Of a DNA stretch of 64,000 nucleotides, positions 44,669 to 58,199 are shown piece by piece. The first letter of the stretch is position 1. Every line of letters starts with the position of its first letter. The notes beneath the pieces were generated by a model. That model ran no database searches. It had not been told where the DNA came from and saw only the letters and a program-made list of their open reading frames with translations. The position numbers and the translations under genes were made by a program. Source of the DNA: Octopus vulgaris (taxonomy: Eukaryota); the NCBI GenBank assembly GCA_951406725.2, contig OX597833.1, forward strand, positions 37,014,001-37,078,000, read 5' to 3'.

Positions 44669-44958
44669 TGCACGCACACACGCACGCATATACGCAAGCA
44701 AACATACAATAGCTAATGTCTGGTGTTTCACTACTTTGTTTCCTTATTAATTTCTGAATAATGCATATTTCTGAATGTAATTTTGTAGAAATATGTTTTC
44801 GGTAAAGTGCAAATGACAGTTATGATTAAATTAAAAAGGAAATTTTAGTTTACTCTTACACAGAAACAAACACCCAAGTATTTGTTCATGAATATCGCAC
44901 GTAAAATTTCTTTGATGTTCACAAATATATACGTATATTATTATTATTATTATTGGTG

Positions 44959-45013
<55 letters not shown>

Positions 45014-45160
45014 CAGTAGTAGTAGTAAACACGAGAAGTTACTGAGGGACTCTAGGGATAAGATTTTCGTGCCTTGGCATTTATGAAGTGCACGAAAATT
45101 TCGGCCTTTAAGTCACTCTGTAACTCCTACCTATTTATAATATATGTGTATGTGTGTGTG

Positions 45161-45192
<32 letters not shown>

Positions 45193-45222
45193 TATATGTA
45201 TGTATAAATATATACATTAGTG

Positions 45223-45259
<37 letters not shown>

Positions 45260-45643
45260 ATATATGTATGTATGTATATATAGATACTTATGAATATACA
45301 CACTCACACACATACACACACACATTCACACAAATGCATTGTTGATAACGATTCTGGAAAAAAGGTAGAGGTACGATTTTAACCACTACCCAACCTTTTC
45401 GATATATTTCTATTTTAACTTCGTTTTGAAAATGTGTAACATAAATTCAAAGGAATTTTCGAAAAACTGACAGTACTGAACTATTTTAAGAGAAAGGGTG
45501 AATTTTGTTCCCCACTACCAATAATTTTTTGTTACTTTTCGTGTTTTTCTTTTTTTTTTTGTATCTACGGTACTTAAAACATACACACCCAAAGAAAATA
45601 CATTTTTGTGGCGCACGACATAACTGGTTATTTTTTAGGAATG

Positions 45644-45685
<42 letters not shown>

Positions 45686-45749
45686 TATGTATATAAGTAT
45701 TATATATATAGATTATAACATTGGTAGTATAGACACACACATAGTGGTT

Positions 45750-45960
45750 TCATATTTTGGTACAAGACCAGCAATTTCGGGGGAGGGTTAAATCGATTAC
45801 ATCGACCCTAGTTTTCAACTGGTACGTATTTTATCGACTCCGAAAGGATGGAAGGTAAAGTCGACCTCGGTGGTATTTGAACTCAGAACATAAAGACGGA
45901 CGAAATGCTACAAAGCATTTTGCCTGTCGTGCTAACGGTTCTACCAGCTGGCCGCCGTCA
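45750..45960 (-). mobile_element. SINE family B
   Basis: Reverse complement of the 7141-type head and central domain. Confidence 0.85.
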
Positions 45961-46159
45961 CACATACATTGTTATAGCTTCATGTATGTATATTCATATA
46001 ATTAACGAAACTCTTGGCCCTTGTCTCACATGGTAACTTCAGCGAATTGAATACATGTATGCATACATACATAATACATACATACATGTATCTATGTATA
46101 TGTATACCTACAAATGTATATATCTTTGAAAACTTTTATATTATTGGAAAACCTATATA

Positions 46160-46250
46160 AATTAGCTGAAGATTACTCAGTATCTTAAATCTGCTGTAAT
46201 ATTTACAGCTTTTAATAAAATGTTGTAGTATGAAACAATTGTACTAAATT
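46160..46250 (+). ncRNA. Type I hammerhead motif with extended helix II
   Basis: aattag CTGAAGA ttactcagta..gctgtaa-tat-ttacagc..tgttgtagtat GAAA caattg TA ctaaatt; palindromic helix III, GUA site, helix I ttag/ctaa; base of helix II imperfect. Confidence 0.72.
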
Positions 46251-46549
46251 ACCGGAATCATTCTTGTTAATTTTTGATTATAATCACCCCGCAAATTTTT
46301 ATGGGTAACACCATACAAAATTCTGGTGCATCTAAATTAAGTACCATATTCATTTGAATCTAAATTGTTGTATATCTTGATATATATACAAGTATCTGTA
46401 TGTATGTATGTGTGTGTGTGTGCCTATATATGTGTGTGTGTATGTATGTATATGCATACACTTAATCGGTAAGAAGTTACAAATATGACATGCACAAAAC
46501 TCGGTCCTTAAATCACTTTCGTAACTAGTTTTCGATTAAGAGTAGAAAA

Positions 46550-47476
46550 GTAGAGACGGGGCACAATTGGTAATTGCGGTAAAATGAGTAATTTCTGATA
46601 TCTCGTTATTTTCTCCCTACCCGTTTGAAACATTGCAAGTATTGCATTATCATTTTGTACTGTTGCTTTGGGAGTAGAAATTGGTCTGCATAGATGTTGT
46701 TGAAGTTGAGATTTTTAAAACAGTCGGGTGATAGGTACTTTTTGTTCAAGAAATTTTTCCTCAACTTCGACCGGATTGTAATTGAGTTTGTCAATAGAAT
46801 ATGTGGATAATTTTTGATGTCCAACAAACAACGTTGTTTTCTCTGCTAAATTCCAAGTCAATTTTCCCCGCGCTAATGTCTAATTTAATAATTTTCAATT
46901 TTCAAAAAATTATTATAAGCTGGGGCAAAATGAGTAATGAATAATTTCAATAATTTCTTCACTTTAATTAACTGCATGGCGTGTACATATATCGTGAAAA
47001 GAGATTCTCCAGCAGATTGTGAAAAAACTATAGGGAATATTTGAAGTTTTTTTTTTATTTAGTTGAGTTTCGTTAATTTCATATCATATGCCATTTTTCC
47101 ATGATCCTCTTATTTTAACCTATATATTTAAAATTTTTTTTACGTTTCTGATTTTTCTGGTGTCCAAGGATAGATATTGATGTGTATGAGTCTTTCTCGA
47201 GTGTAAATCTGGAAAAGTGAAGGGACAAATTTACCTTATCTTGTCTTACTCATTTTGCTCTAGTTAAATTTGTCTTTTATGTACTCTGATTGAACGAAGA
47301 TAATTTTCTGAAATAGTGTTCAGATTATGTTATAGCATTTTTAATGTATTTAGAGAAAATCATTTGCTTCGCTGATACAGTTTTTGTAAGGAAGCGAACA
47401 TTTGTAAAAAATATTTTTTTCTCTTAACATCAAAAATGCAGTAAATCTTACTCATTGTGCCCCACCTTCATTTACC
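46550..47476. mobile_element. Old non-autonomous TIR DNA transposon
   Basis: ggggcacaattggtaa near 46557 versus ttactcattgtgcccc near 47448; internal copies ggggcaaaatgagtaa (~46922) and ttactcattttgc (~47246). Confidence 0.6.
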
Positions 47477-47523
47477 TCTACATTATTTTTTTCAATTTTA
47501 CCAAATTTACATGTGTGCGTGTG

Positions 47524-47583
<60 letters not shown>

Positions 47584-47643
47584 CACACACACATATATAT
47601 ATATGCATATATATTTATAATACACACATATACATATATATAC

Positions 47644-47674
<31 letters not shown>

Positions 47675-48096
47675 CTTATATATACATATGCACGCACGTT
47701 TGTATATATATATACACGTCTGTATGTGTGTGTATAATTTATATATAAAATACACATGTGCGCGTGTATGTATGTTTATATTAATATGTATACACACATG
47801 AACATAAACTAGTAACTGGGGAGATGAAATTAAAAACAAAATCTGTATTAAAAGTCTTTACATGAAAAATGTGGTAATAAAATGATATTGTAACAGAAGT
47901 AACTATATATGTGAATGTGGAAATTTTAAATTTTATATAGTTATCCAATCTCAGTTGAATTCATAGGAACAAAATTACTTAAGGACATTTGAATTTTTGT
48001 CTCGGGCTTTACATTTTTTGTTAAGACAAAAAATATTTAATATAATCCCTTTGAAAAAGGTATATTGATATTTTCACATGCATACGTATAAATAAA

Positions 48097-48141
<45 letters not shown>

Positions 48142-48499
48142 AATATATGAGAAAAAATAATCTCGGATTTAATAGTTTTTTTCTGGAAGTGTATATTATT
48201 TTATTTCTTTGATTGATGTTCTAAAGCTGTTCATTTTGTTCCTAATAATGTATCTGATCGAACGAATGAGTAGCTTGAATTCTGTTACTTTGTGTACGAG
48301 AGTGTATGTCTGGTTTGAGGTCTGTTAGTTCAAATGTGTTTGATGTCTGTTACTCGGTCTCTGAGATAGTTTTGTCTGTGCGCGCGCCTGTAATTGCATG
48401 ATTTTATATACATATATGTGTATGTATGCGTGTGTGAACGTGCAGAGTTGTACGTATGGATGTGTGCGTGCGTGCGTGCGCAAAACCCTCCGCACAATT

Positions 48500-51000
48500 G
48501 AGTAGAAGCAGTGTTCATTTTTATCTTGTTGCACTTGGTTAAAAATTAACCATAATTCTCACTTACCTCCTCTGAGTATGGATAGGTTTAACAACGATTC
48601 ATTGATTTTATGCATGTATTTATTGAAATTTCCGTCGGAAAAGCGTCACTTTGAACGGTCATCTCTTCCTAACGACATTAAAGCGCGCCTCTCTCCAACG
48701 AAGGAAGAAAATAAAAGAGAGAGGAAACAGTTTTATATCTTGTTTAAATACTGCAAAATATTTCAAGTACCGTACCCTGAGTATTATTCACTGACAATTT
48801 CAGACAGATGTACCATAAGCAAGTTCCAACGACAAGTCAGTTGCGATTTTTTTCCTTGTTAATATTTCTTAATCATTGTCTTAGTCTTTCTCTTTCTCTC
48901 TTACTTGTGTGTGTTCGTATGTATGTATGTACTGTATGTGTGAATACGGTATGTATTGTAAGCATGTGTACATTAATTCACATTCATGCATGCACTTTAT
49001 ATACACATTCAGCTGTACAAATGAAATTATATAATATTAATCACCTTTTTACATTTTGTACGTGACCGCTTTTTTTTGTTGTTTTTTTTTCTCTTCTATT
49101 ACCATTCTTTGCAAACCAGGTGAGTGTGTGCGACACTATTTCTAATCCTGATTGTTTTCATTTCAATTCATTTAATTTCATTTACTTCACTTACGTCCCT
49201 AGAAGAAAGCATGAAAGTCGTATCATCTTGCTTCAGCTTAAAACCGAGGTTTTGTGTCTGACATAAATAAATTTATTCTTTATGTCGGCTGTAATAATTG
49301 CCGGAGTCTGTAGCAGCCGTTATTGAAACTTTGGTATCAGTTCAAATCTCTTTGGTTGAATGTTAATTTATTGGCGTGACTCGATTCCTCTCATCCTTTT
49401 CCACTGAAAAGTTGTTTCGATTAAAAGACAAAATGATATACATTTTGTCTTTTAATCTATCACGTACACTCAGGGCGTCTCGATTTGTCTTTTTTACCTA
49501 AAACCATTAAAATTTTTTTTTCTGTTTTTGCTATAATGGTTTGTCAATCAAAATGATTTCTTTAAAGTTGGTTTCCTCTTTGAAACAGATTTCACATACA
49601 TTCCTAATGCTCTAATCTAGCTGTAGTTTTTAAGTTTTACACAAAAATTATCGTTGATTATGTTTTTTTATAAAGTTTGGTTAACGTTTATTAGTTTTTT
49701 GCCATGTTTCTTTAAACTTATAAATAAACGAGTAAAACGTGAGTTCAGAGATTTGGGTTAGGTAATAATGCGATATTAATAATACCGCACTTATATATAA
49801 TACATATGTCTGTCTTTAGCAATATTAAGAGCAGACAAGCTGTCGCATGTTATCTGTAAAACTATGTAAATAGTACAAGCACGCACTCACGCACCTGGTC
49901 TTATTATATTTATTACAGTTTTATGTCTGTCTGTAGGTTGAATAGAGCAGTGGTGGCGACTGTGACTGTCTGTATATTTGTACCGTGAGTCATAATGGGG
50001 TCAATCGATATGTATCCTCTCACGTAGTCTAGGACTCACCAAAAGCCCGACCGACCGACTGAACTTGGGGGAAGCGGGAGCTTGTTCGGGTGAAAAATAA
50101 ATAAATAACGAAGAAAAAAAAAATGGAGTGAATGAAGGAGAGACTGTTATAGTTTTAAGTTGTAGGGTAGTAATATTTGGTGGTGAGATGAAAACAGCGA
50201 TGGAGAAAGATAGTGGGGATCATGCGGTGAGCTTGATATATGTAAGGATGTATTTTTCCCCCTTGCGTGTCGTATGTAAAAGGAAGGGACTTGTTAAACA
50301 GACTGGTTGAAAAATAAGGTTAATAGAAGGGGATGGGAAACTGTCTGGTACAGAATGGGGTGGTAACAGCTGAGAATAATGCGATTGTGTGTGTGTGTAC
50401 ACGTGTATAGTGACATATTTATTTTGCAATTTTTATACAATAATGTATTTACATGTGTGTACATTCGCTTACTTATGTCTGCGTTAATAAAAACAATTTT
50501 ACTGTTGCTATCCAGCATGGCTAGAACCGTAATAGTTTTAATTACGTGTTTGATAGGAGAGGTAGTGACGGCGCGAAGCCTATTTCTCATATCTTAGATT
50601 GGTGTGTATGTCTGTGATTAGTAAGAGTGTTTTTGCTTTTATTTTAATTGTATTACTATACATTATATGAATACATGTCTGCCAGTACCACTGTTTATCA
50701 AATCGAAGCAGCTATCATTCAAACGCGCTCATCGCTCCATACAGCTATCCATCCATCCATCCGTCTGTCTATTTGTCTCTTTTATTTTTGTTTCGGCTGC
50801 TCCCCCGTCCCCCGTCCCGTCATTGTTAGTGTGAAGGATAAACTGGGTCAAGGAATGGCGGCAGACTTAATCGTCATCTGCTACAACAGACGTACCGGGG
50901 CAGCTCGTTGAGGTACTCGCTCTGACTACGGCAATCACTTATGATAGACATGTGGTCCAATTAAAAGAAAGAAATGAAATACGCTAAGGGAAATAACTCA
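48500..51000. promoter_or_regulatory. Probable promoter / 5'-exon region, possibly divergent
   Basis: Repeat-free, CpG-retaining ~2.5 kb with consensus splice donors on both strands (minus GTAAGT 48561-48566 and 49189-49194, GTGAGT 50034-50039; plus CAG|GTGAGT at 49120; candidate exon 49937-49984), lying just left of the CpG-depleted zone. Confidence 0.5.
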
Positions 51001-51564
51001 AATGCGACAATGGCATGAATTTAGGTAATAGGTTCAAGAGGTGATGTGATGAATGACTCAAAAAAATTTTCGATTAATTGAAATTTCCCTCTTAGTTGAA
51101 GAAAGGAGCAGGAAAAAAATCTGACAATAATTGTTAGCGACATGCTAAGTAAAGGGGAGATAATTTCTTAAAACAATTTTCCCACTTAGACAAGTTTGAT
51201 CTTTGCAGACAAGAGGAAAGTTATAGACATGTTTCTCATCAACACAACATAGTCTACTTTAGTCTTGGTTCAACTGAATGATCGTCAACTCACTGTGCAA
51301 TTGCAATGCACTGTACTACAAAACACAAAGCCATTAACAGACAACATATCTATAGTCAGCAGAATTCCACTTGCAAATATACAATTTATTGATGTAAGCA
51401 GTATCTATATTTACATCATATGTTATCTGCATGTTTTGACATTATACTGTACTACGAATATTCTATGTTACAGCACAATGCTAAAATACTCAGACAACAT
51501 AGACAAGATCTAGACCAATCACATTGGCCCTGCTTCCGGACATCATGTTGAACCGTTAAACTCT

Positions 51565-51975
51565 ACACATTTTTTTTTCTCTCTCTAGTTTTTTCCCTCT
51601 CAATCCTTTCTGTCGAGGAGCGTAGGCTAGAAATGTCGAAGACTTTTCCATTCTTCCCGAGCATTAAACCAATACACCTGCTTGTTGTTCTTTCACCTGT
51701 GTTTGTGTTTTGTTTTCTGCAAATTTGAACTATGTATGTGTGTATATATACATACATACATATATATATATATATGTGATCTCTTGAGCACCACCAGCAA
51801 AAATATTTTTTTCCTCTGTCTTCCCTTCTCGGGATCTTTCCTTCTCCTTGTTTCCGACGAAGAGCTCCGCTCGAAACGTTAAACTCTCCTTCCCTTCTTT
51901 CCTGAGCGTCAAATAATACTTTAATTGTTCCACGTCCTCGCGTTGCTGTTTTTTTCTGTGTTTTCTTGTTTGGAT

Positions 51976-51980
<5 letters not shown>
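51565..51980 (+). mobile_element. Two tandem solo PLE pseudo-LTRs, each with a variant minimal HHR
   Basis: 51565-51735 is homologous to the pLTR at 5300-5465; 51800-51980 is a related subfamily; both end at TA-rich microsatellite. Confidence 0.8.
51850..51884 (+). ncRNA. 35-nt minimal type I hammerhead, U4C core variant
   Basis: gttt CCGACGA a gagc-tcc-gctc GAAA cg TT aaac: helices I and II pair perfectly. Confidence 0.75.
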
Positions 51981-52012
<32 letters not shown>

Positions 52013-52707
52013 GTGTGTATGTATGTATGTGTATATATGTATAAATAAATTAGATTAGATAGATAGAAAAAATGTTAAGTTATAACTGGTGATGTTTACT
52101 GGGTTTTAGCAGTCGATAAACTTTCTTCTATCTCTGTGCTTTCAAAAATGCTTGGAAAATATGTAGGAATTGGTTATTCCATGCTGCCATGGTAAAATGA
52201 ACATAAAACAAATGAACAAATGCATATACAACCTCACACAATCACACATCTATCTTATCTGTGTTTGTTTTTGTTTTTGTTTTTCCAGTTTCAGCTTTTT
52301 TTGAGCTGTGGCCATGCTGGGGCACCGCATATATATATATTTACACACTTGCTCATGTTATTTGTTTGTGTGCGTGCATTTGTGTCTCTGTCTTGATGAC
52401 GCGCAATAAATGGTAACTATCATACAAATGGTGCTGTTCATTTCCAATCTTCCATGGAAACATGTTTGGCCATGATGAAAGGCATCTGGGCATAGAAGAA
52501 TCAGCCACCACAAATTTAGTCTGACCCATGCAAGCATGGAGAAATGAATCTTAATATGGTGGTGGTGGTGGTGATGATGGTGATATATGTATATATATAT
52601 ATATGTGTACATTTAATTTACTACATATATATATAGGTGCAGGAGTGGTTGTGTGGTAAGAAGCATGGCCACAGTCAAATGACTGGAACAAGTAAACAAA
52701 TAAAAGA

Positions 52708-52750
<43 letters not shown>

Positions 52751-53367
52751 GTTCATTTCATTTAATAGTTGTTTTTCTATGCTAGCATACCTTAGACTGG
52801 AGAAAGGTGAGGCAGGATTTTTGCAGCCAATCACCAATATGTATATATATATATACACAGATATACATGTGTGTGTGTGTGTGTGTGTGTATAAATTTGA
52901 CTCAACTCCATGCAACTTAAAGTTTTGTATGCTTGTGGAATGAACCTAGCTCATTGGGTATTTGGAGATCAAGTAATAGGAAATGGAACAAATTCAGGAT
53001 GGCTTCTAGATTCTAGGCCTCTATCAGTCAACTCAAATCATGTGGTGTTATTGGTTTCGAAGCAATGTTAGATCTTATTTTTGTTCTCAAGTCCATATGA
53101 TTGGACAGGGTAATTGTAGACAGTGTTGCTACTACATCTGGTGAAAGCAGTACTGTTCATTGCATTTACTACAACATCTGGCAGAATGGAATGTTTTTGT
53201 CAGGTTAGTTAAGACAGATACTATAGTGGCAGTAGGGAAGTGCACTCCCCAATCCTTGCATAACTCAGCTCTGTATAGTGATGACAGCCTTATAATCTCA
53301 AGCCATGTGAACCACTATGCCATGGATGAGTTCAAGAAGAATCTGAGAAAGATCTTCAAAGAATTTA

Positions 53368-53748
53368 GAAGTGGCTGTGTAGTAAGAAGCTTGCTTCTCA
53401 ACCACTTGGCTCCGGGTTCAGTTCCACTGCATTGTACCTTGAGCAAGTCTCTTCTATAGCCTTGGGCTGACCAAAGCCTTGTGAGTGGATTTAGTAGACA
53501 GAAACTGAAAGAAGCCTGTCATATGCATGTATGTATTTGTGTGTTTGTGTTTGTCCCCCTCCCCCACCATCGCTTCACAACCGATGTTGGTATATTTACG
53601 TCCCCATAACTTAGCAGTTCAGCAAAAAGTGACCAATAGAATAAGTACTAGGCTTACAACGAATAAGTCCTGGGATCGATTTGTTTGACTAAAGGCGGTG
53701 CTCCAGCATGGCCACAGTCAAATGACTGAAACAAGTAAAAGAATAAAA
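53368..53748 (+). mobile_element. SINE family A (CpG-decayed) inserted in PLE RT
   Basis: Colinear with the 39695 copy, with many CpG to TpG/CpA changes. Confidence 0.9.
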
Positions 53749-53950
53749 ATAATATCTATAATAGTCACTACCAATTTGACAAAGGCCAACTTCCTAGATG
53801 TAACTTAGCCTTGATGATAGGCCAGTACCACCTTTACAGGAAACCAATGAGGAAATTGTGTATATCTGAAGACCCTCTAGATGTACCCTAGCTATAATTA
53901 GAAACCTAATCACAGGTATAAGTATATGAGCGATCTTCAACCACCCCTTC

Positions 53951-54014
<64 letters not shown>

Positions 54015-54123
54015 GTATATATAGACCGGAGTAAACACATAAATGTGAAACAAGGTGGAAAAAAGAGTACTCAAATACCAGTGGTAGAGTAATATGCTTT
54101 ATTTTAAGCAGCAGAAAATTCAA

Positions 54124-54173
54124 CAAAATCTGTTACTCTGAGTTTCTCGTTGCCGTTCATCAGACAGTTTTTG
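54124..54173 (-). ncRNA. Minimal type I hammerhead in a ~155-bp solo repeat (54022-54176) embedded in (TA)n
   Basis: caaaaa-ctgt CTGATGA a-cg-gcaa-cg-a GAAA ctc-a-gag TA acag-a-ttttg. Confidence 0.78.
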
Positions 54174-54176
54174 TAG

Positions 54177-54210
<34 letters not shown>

Positions 54211-54237
54211 GTATGTATATATATATATATGTATATA

Positions 54238-54286
<49 letters not shown>

Positions 54287-54307
54287 GTATATATATATAT
54301 GTATATA

Positions 54308-54358
<51 letters not shown>

Positions 54359-54563
54359 GTATATATATGTGTATATATATGTATATATATGTGTATATAT
54401 ATATATATGTATATATATGTGTATATATATATGTATATATATGTGTATATATATATATGTATATATATGTGTATATATATATATGTATATATATGTATAT
54501 ATATATATATGTATATATATATGTGTATATATATATATGTATATATATATATATGTGTATATA

Positions 54564-54664
<101 letters not shown>

Positions 54665-54774
54665 CATATATATATACACATACATATATATAAGATGCCC
54701 CACTCCTGAACCTGAAGAAAACTATGTGGTTCATTCCTCCATTTAATCTAGAAGTTTCAAGCTTCTTGGTGCTA

Positions 54775-54860
54775 CATTATTTACATTTGACAGATATTTG
54801 TCCTCATCTTGTTTGTAAATAATGTACATAATTCCTCATCTCTTACATATAGAACTGTAT
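54775..54860. mobile_element. 86-bp 5'-inverted insertion of the HHR-SINE 3' end with 12-bp TSD
   Basis: ttcttggtgcta at 54763-54774 and 54861-54872; the insert is an inverted segment plus the sense terminus ...atatagaactgtat. Confidence 0.88.
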
Positions 54861-57800
54861 TTCTTGGTGCTAATTAAAAAACACTTCCCTACAACCCTTA
54901 AGCATTATAAACTTTTCAACACCTATAATGTCAAAGTCAGTTTCTCTCACTTAGACAACATCACTTCTAACATTACACAGTACAACAGGTGCAAACACAC
55001 AATTACACAGTCTAATACACACTGGAAACTGCAACTTTATAAATCCTAATTGTCCACTGGGAGGCTCCTGCTTCTCAAGGACTGTGATCTGTAGAGCCAC
55101 CTTCACAACATCTGATGCCATTGCAAGACAATACACGGTCATGACAATCAATGATTTCAAGAAAGATAAACACAGCACATGCACTCTTTCAGGTGCAGGG
55201 ATAAGGAAGACTCCACCTTCCTGTTCCATTTTGTCTGAAGTCTTTGTGACCACCTGAACAGCTTTCCCAACATCAAATGGATTACCATTGACAAGGTCCC
55301 TACATAGTCATCTGGAGCTCACAATTGCCAATTCTGCCTCTGCTTCACCAACCTGCAGTATCCATCAGCAGGAAAAATGAACTATCTTATTGTTGTGACC
55401 AAAGTTATGCCCTGTTAACTTTAAACTAATGGCATCCAATAATCCAGATATACTACCTTTGGCTTACCTGGTTGATACTGAAAAGAATGACACTTAAGCC
55501 CTGCCACCCATATAGACTACACCCATCCATACTGACAGCCCAATCTAGCACCACCAAAATTTAATCCAGTGCCCCTAATCTGGTTACTCCCATGGAAAGG
55601 TTATTGCCAATATAATTAGTGTTCCACTAACCTTCAACAATACCCTGCTCTGCCATGTGTAGCAGCAAACGCAATGAATTGATGTTGATATATAAACAAT
55701 ATTGCAGCCTCCAAACATAGTAGTAACAGCTGCCTACCAACATCCTGTCCATTCACATGGACCTGAGATCAAAGATAAGATCTAATAATGCCTTCAAACT
55801 AATAACACCAGGTAATCTGAGTTGATCAATAGAAGCCATCTTGAATTTGTCTCATTTCCCCTTACTTGATCTCTAAACACCTGACAAGCTAGGTGTGTTC
55901 TAGGAGCCTATGACACTTTAAGTTGCATGGAGTTGAGTCAAACTGCTATTAAATAATACATGTAATTCCAGCCAAATGTGTTAAGTGTCACTTACATTTG
56001 TTCAGTTACTTGTGTATATGTATGTATTTTGTGCAAGAGAATTCAATGGGGCAAACACATGGGGCTGGTAGTTTAGCAAAGAATTACCAACTGGTCTTAG
56101 TGGAAGGAACCTGCAGAAGACAAGTAGATATGGTGAAGGCTGATTTCAGGAGGCTGAATTTTATGAATGAAATAATAAGAGCTTGCAATGAATGGCATGA
56201 TGCTTTGTTGGAGAAGGCCCATACAACCCATATAAAAATGAAAAACCCTGTGTAAAGTTGGTGAGCATGAGTGATATTTGGCTTCAACTATTGGAAATCG
56301 CCTTCAATATAGGCACAGTTGTGGTTGTGTAGTTAAGAAGCTCAGTTCCCAACCGAGATTTCATTTCATTATGCCTTGGGCATTTTTTTTTCTACTGTAA
56401 CCTCAAGTTGGCTAATACCCTGGAAGTTGAATTTGTTAGATGGAAAATTTGTAGAAGCTCATCATGTAATTATATATGTGTGTGTATGTATGTATGTATA
56501 TGTAATTTATTGATATATATACTGGCAATAGTATTGAAAACCAATGCTTTTTGAATTAAGTTATTGTAATGTTTGTTCTGGTTACACTCTTCCATCACAA
56601 ACACAATGACTGACCCATTGGAAAATTGTAATCCACATCACTGATGTTACGAAATGAGTGTGTGTATGTATGTGTGTGTGATTTTGACTTGTATTGAGAG
56701 AACATTAATTAATGATATCAGAGATGTCTCCTTTAGGAGAAGCAGTACTTTTCACATCTAGCAAAAAAAAAAAATTTTTTTTAAAGACACTTCTGTGATG
56801 ATGGGCTTTGGTAATCAGGCTGTTATGAATAATGTGTGTATATGTTTAATGAGTGCACCATCTTGGATATAAGCAATACTGTAGAATTGAGTAGCTTCTT
56901 GCACACTTCAGTCTGGTTCAGACAAAGAAACCCATCTTTATTTATTTTCTTGTCTAAGTGGTGTATACCACCAGAGATTGCTAAACAGAATTTGTTAAGC
57001 TTATTTAACACTGTGATTTCTCAAGTTTTCTCAACTATACTTTTATATATAAATATAGCTGTGCTCTTGTAGTATCTGTACTTTAGATACTAGTCAATGA
57101 GAGTAGATCTTTTCAAAATTCCTTTTGCTCAATGTTTTTGGATTGTTATATTTTTTATCAAAATTTTAGAAAATTTAAAGTTTAGGTTTAGATTGTAAGT
57201 TATAATGACATATTTTCACATAATTTGAAATACTCTGATTTTATGAACAAAGACTTAGTTAATTTCAAAGATATTTAATCGTGTTGTGGGTTCTTTTGTT
57301 AATGAAAATATTACTGGACATTTAGCTTATTATTGAGCATTTGACTCTTCATAATTTTTGGTGTAATGTATATCAAACTTTTACAGCCCAAAAGAGAAAA
57401 ACTAATCAAAATCAGTTGTAACAAGATTGAATGCATTACTTCTTTTAGATATATGTCAAGGGTAATGTCTAATTACTGTTATAAATTTATATATTTCATT
57501 AACATGGATCTCTCAAATATCTTTTACTTGGAGACCTGTTAAGTGGTCTGGTTTACAAAGCAAGCCTTGACATTCCTCAAGGCAAAAAGTACAACATACT
57601 AGCTCCAATTCTACAAGTTCTGAGATGTTACCAACGTTACTCATGATTCTTTTTTCAGTGACTTTTCCTTTTGAAACTGTATCTTCTTAATACCATCATA
57701 ACCACATTGATCAGACGTTTTTAGCAATTACTTCCAAAAATGGGATGATCCTCTTTTTTAAAATTTTTTTATTGAAGTGATTGCCCTTTTTGTCTTGATT

Positions 57801-58114
57801 ACTCTTTACACTTAACTCATATTTCATCTATTCTCTGTCTCAACTGTTCCACTTCTCTATCAAATCTGTAGTTATCTCCACAGGTCCCATATTAAAGCTT
57901 TATACAAACATTTTCTTTCTGCATCTTTTCTCAAACTGCACTTGTTCCACTTTTCCAACTGCAGACCTTAAGTAAACCCTTTTTTCCCACTCAGAATAAT
58001 AAATAGTCAAAAAATACTTTTAAAACATCATCAAGCTTAAGATTTACAAGCTCAACTTGCAGCATTGTTATTCCTATTTTCTAACAAATTAACTTGTTTT
58101 TCTTTCTTTTTTAG

Positions 58115-58199
58115 GTGATTGGTAGCCAGGTATTCATGTTAGACAGACTGGATTATACCTGGCCTTAAAATGTTGCAAAACCTATTTGTTTATTTTTTT
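58115..58199 (+). other. Candidate spliced exon (5' UTR or first coding exon) of an unidentified host gene
   Basis: Branch-point-like ctaac (58081), long pyrimidine tract + AG (58113-58114), donor GTAAGT at 58200; ATG at 58170 is open to the donor (MLQNLFVYFF). Confidence 0.45.
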
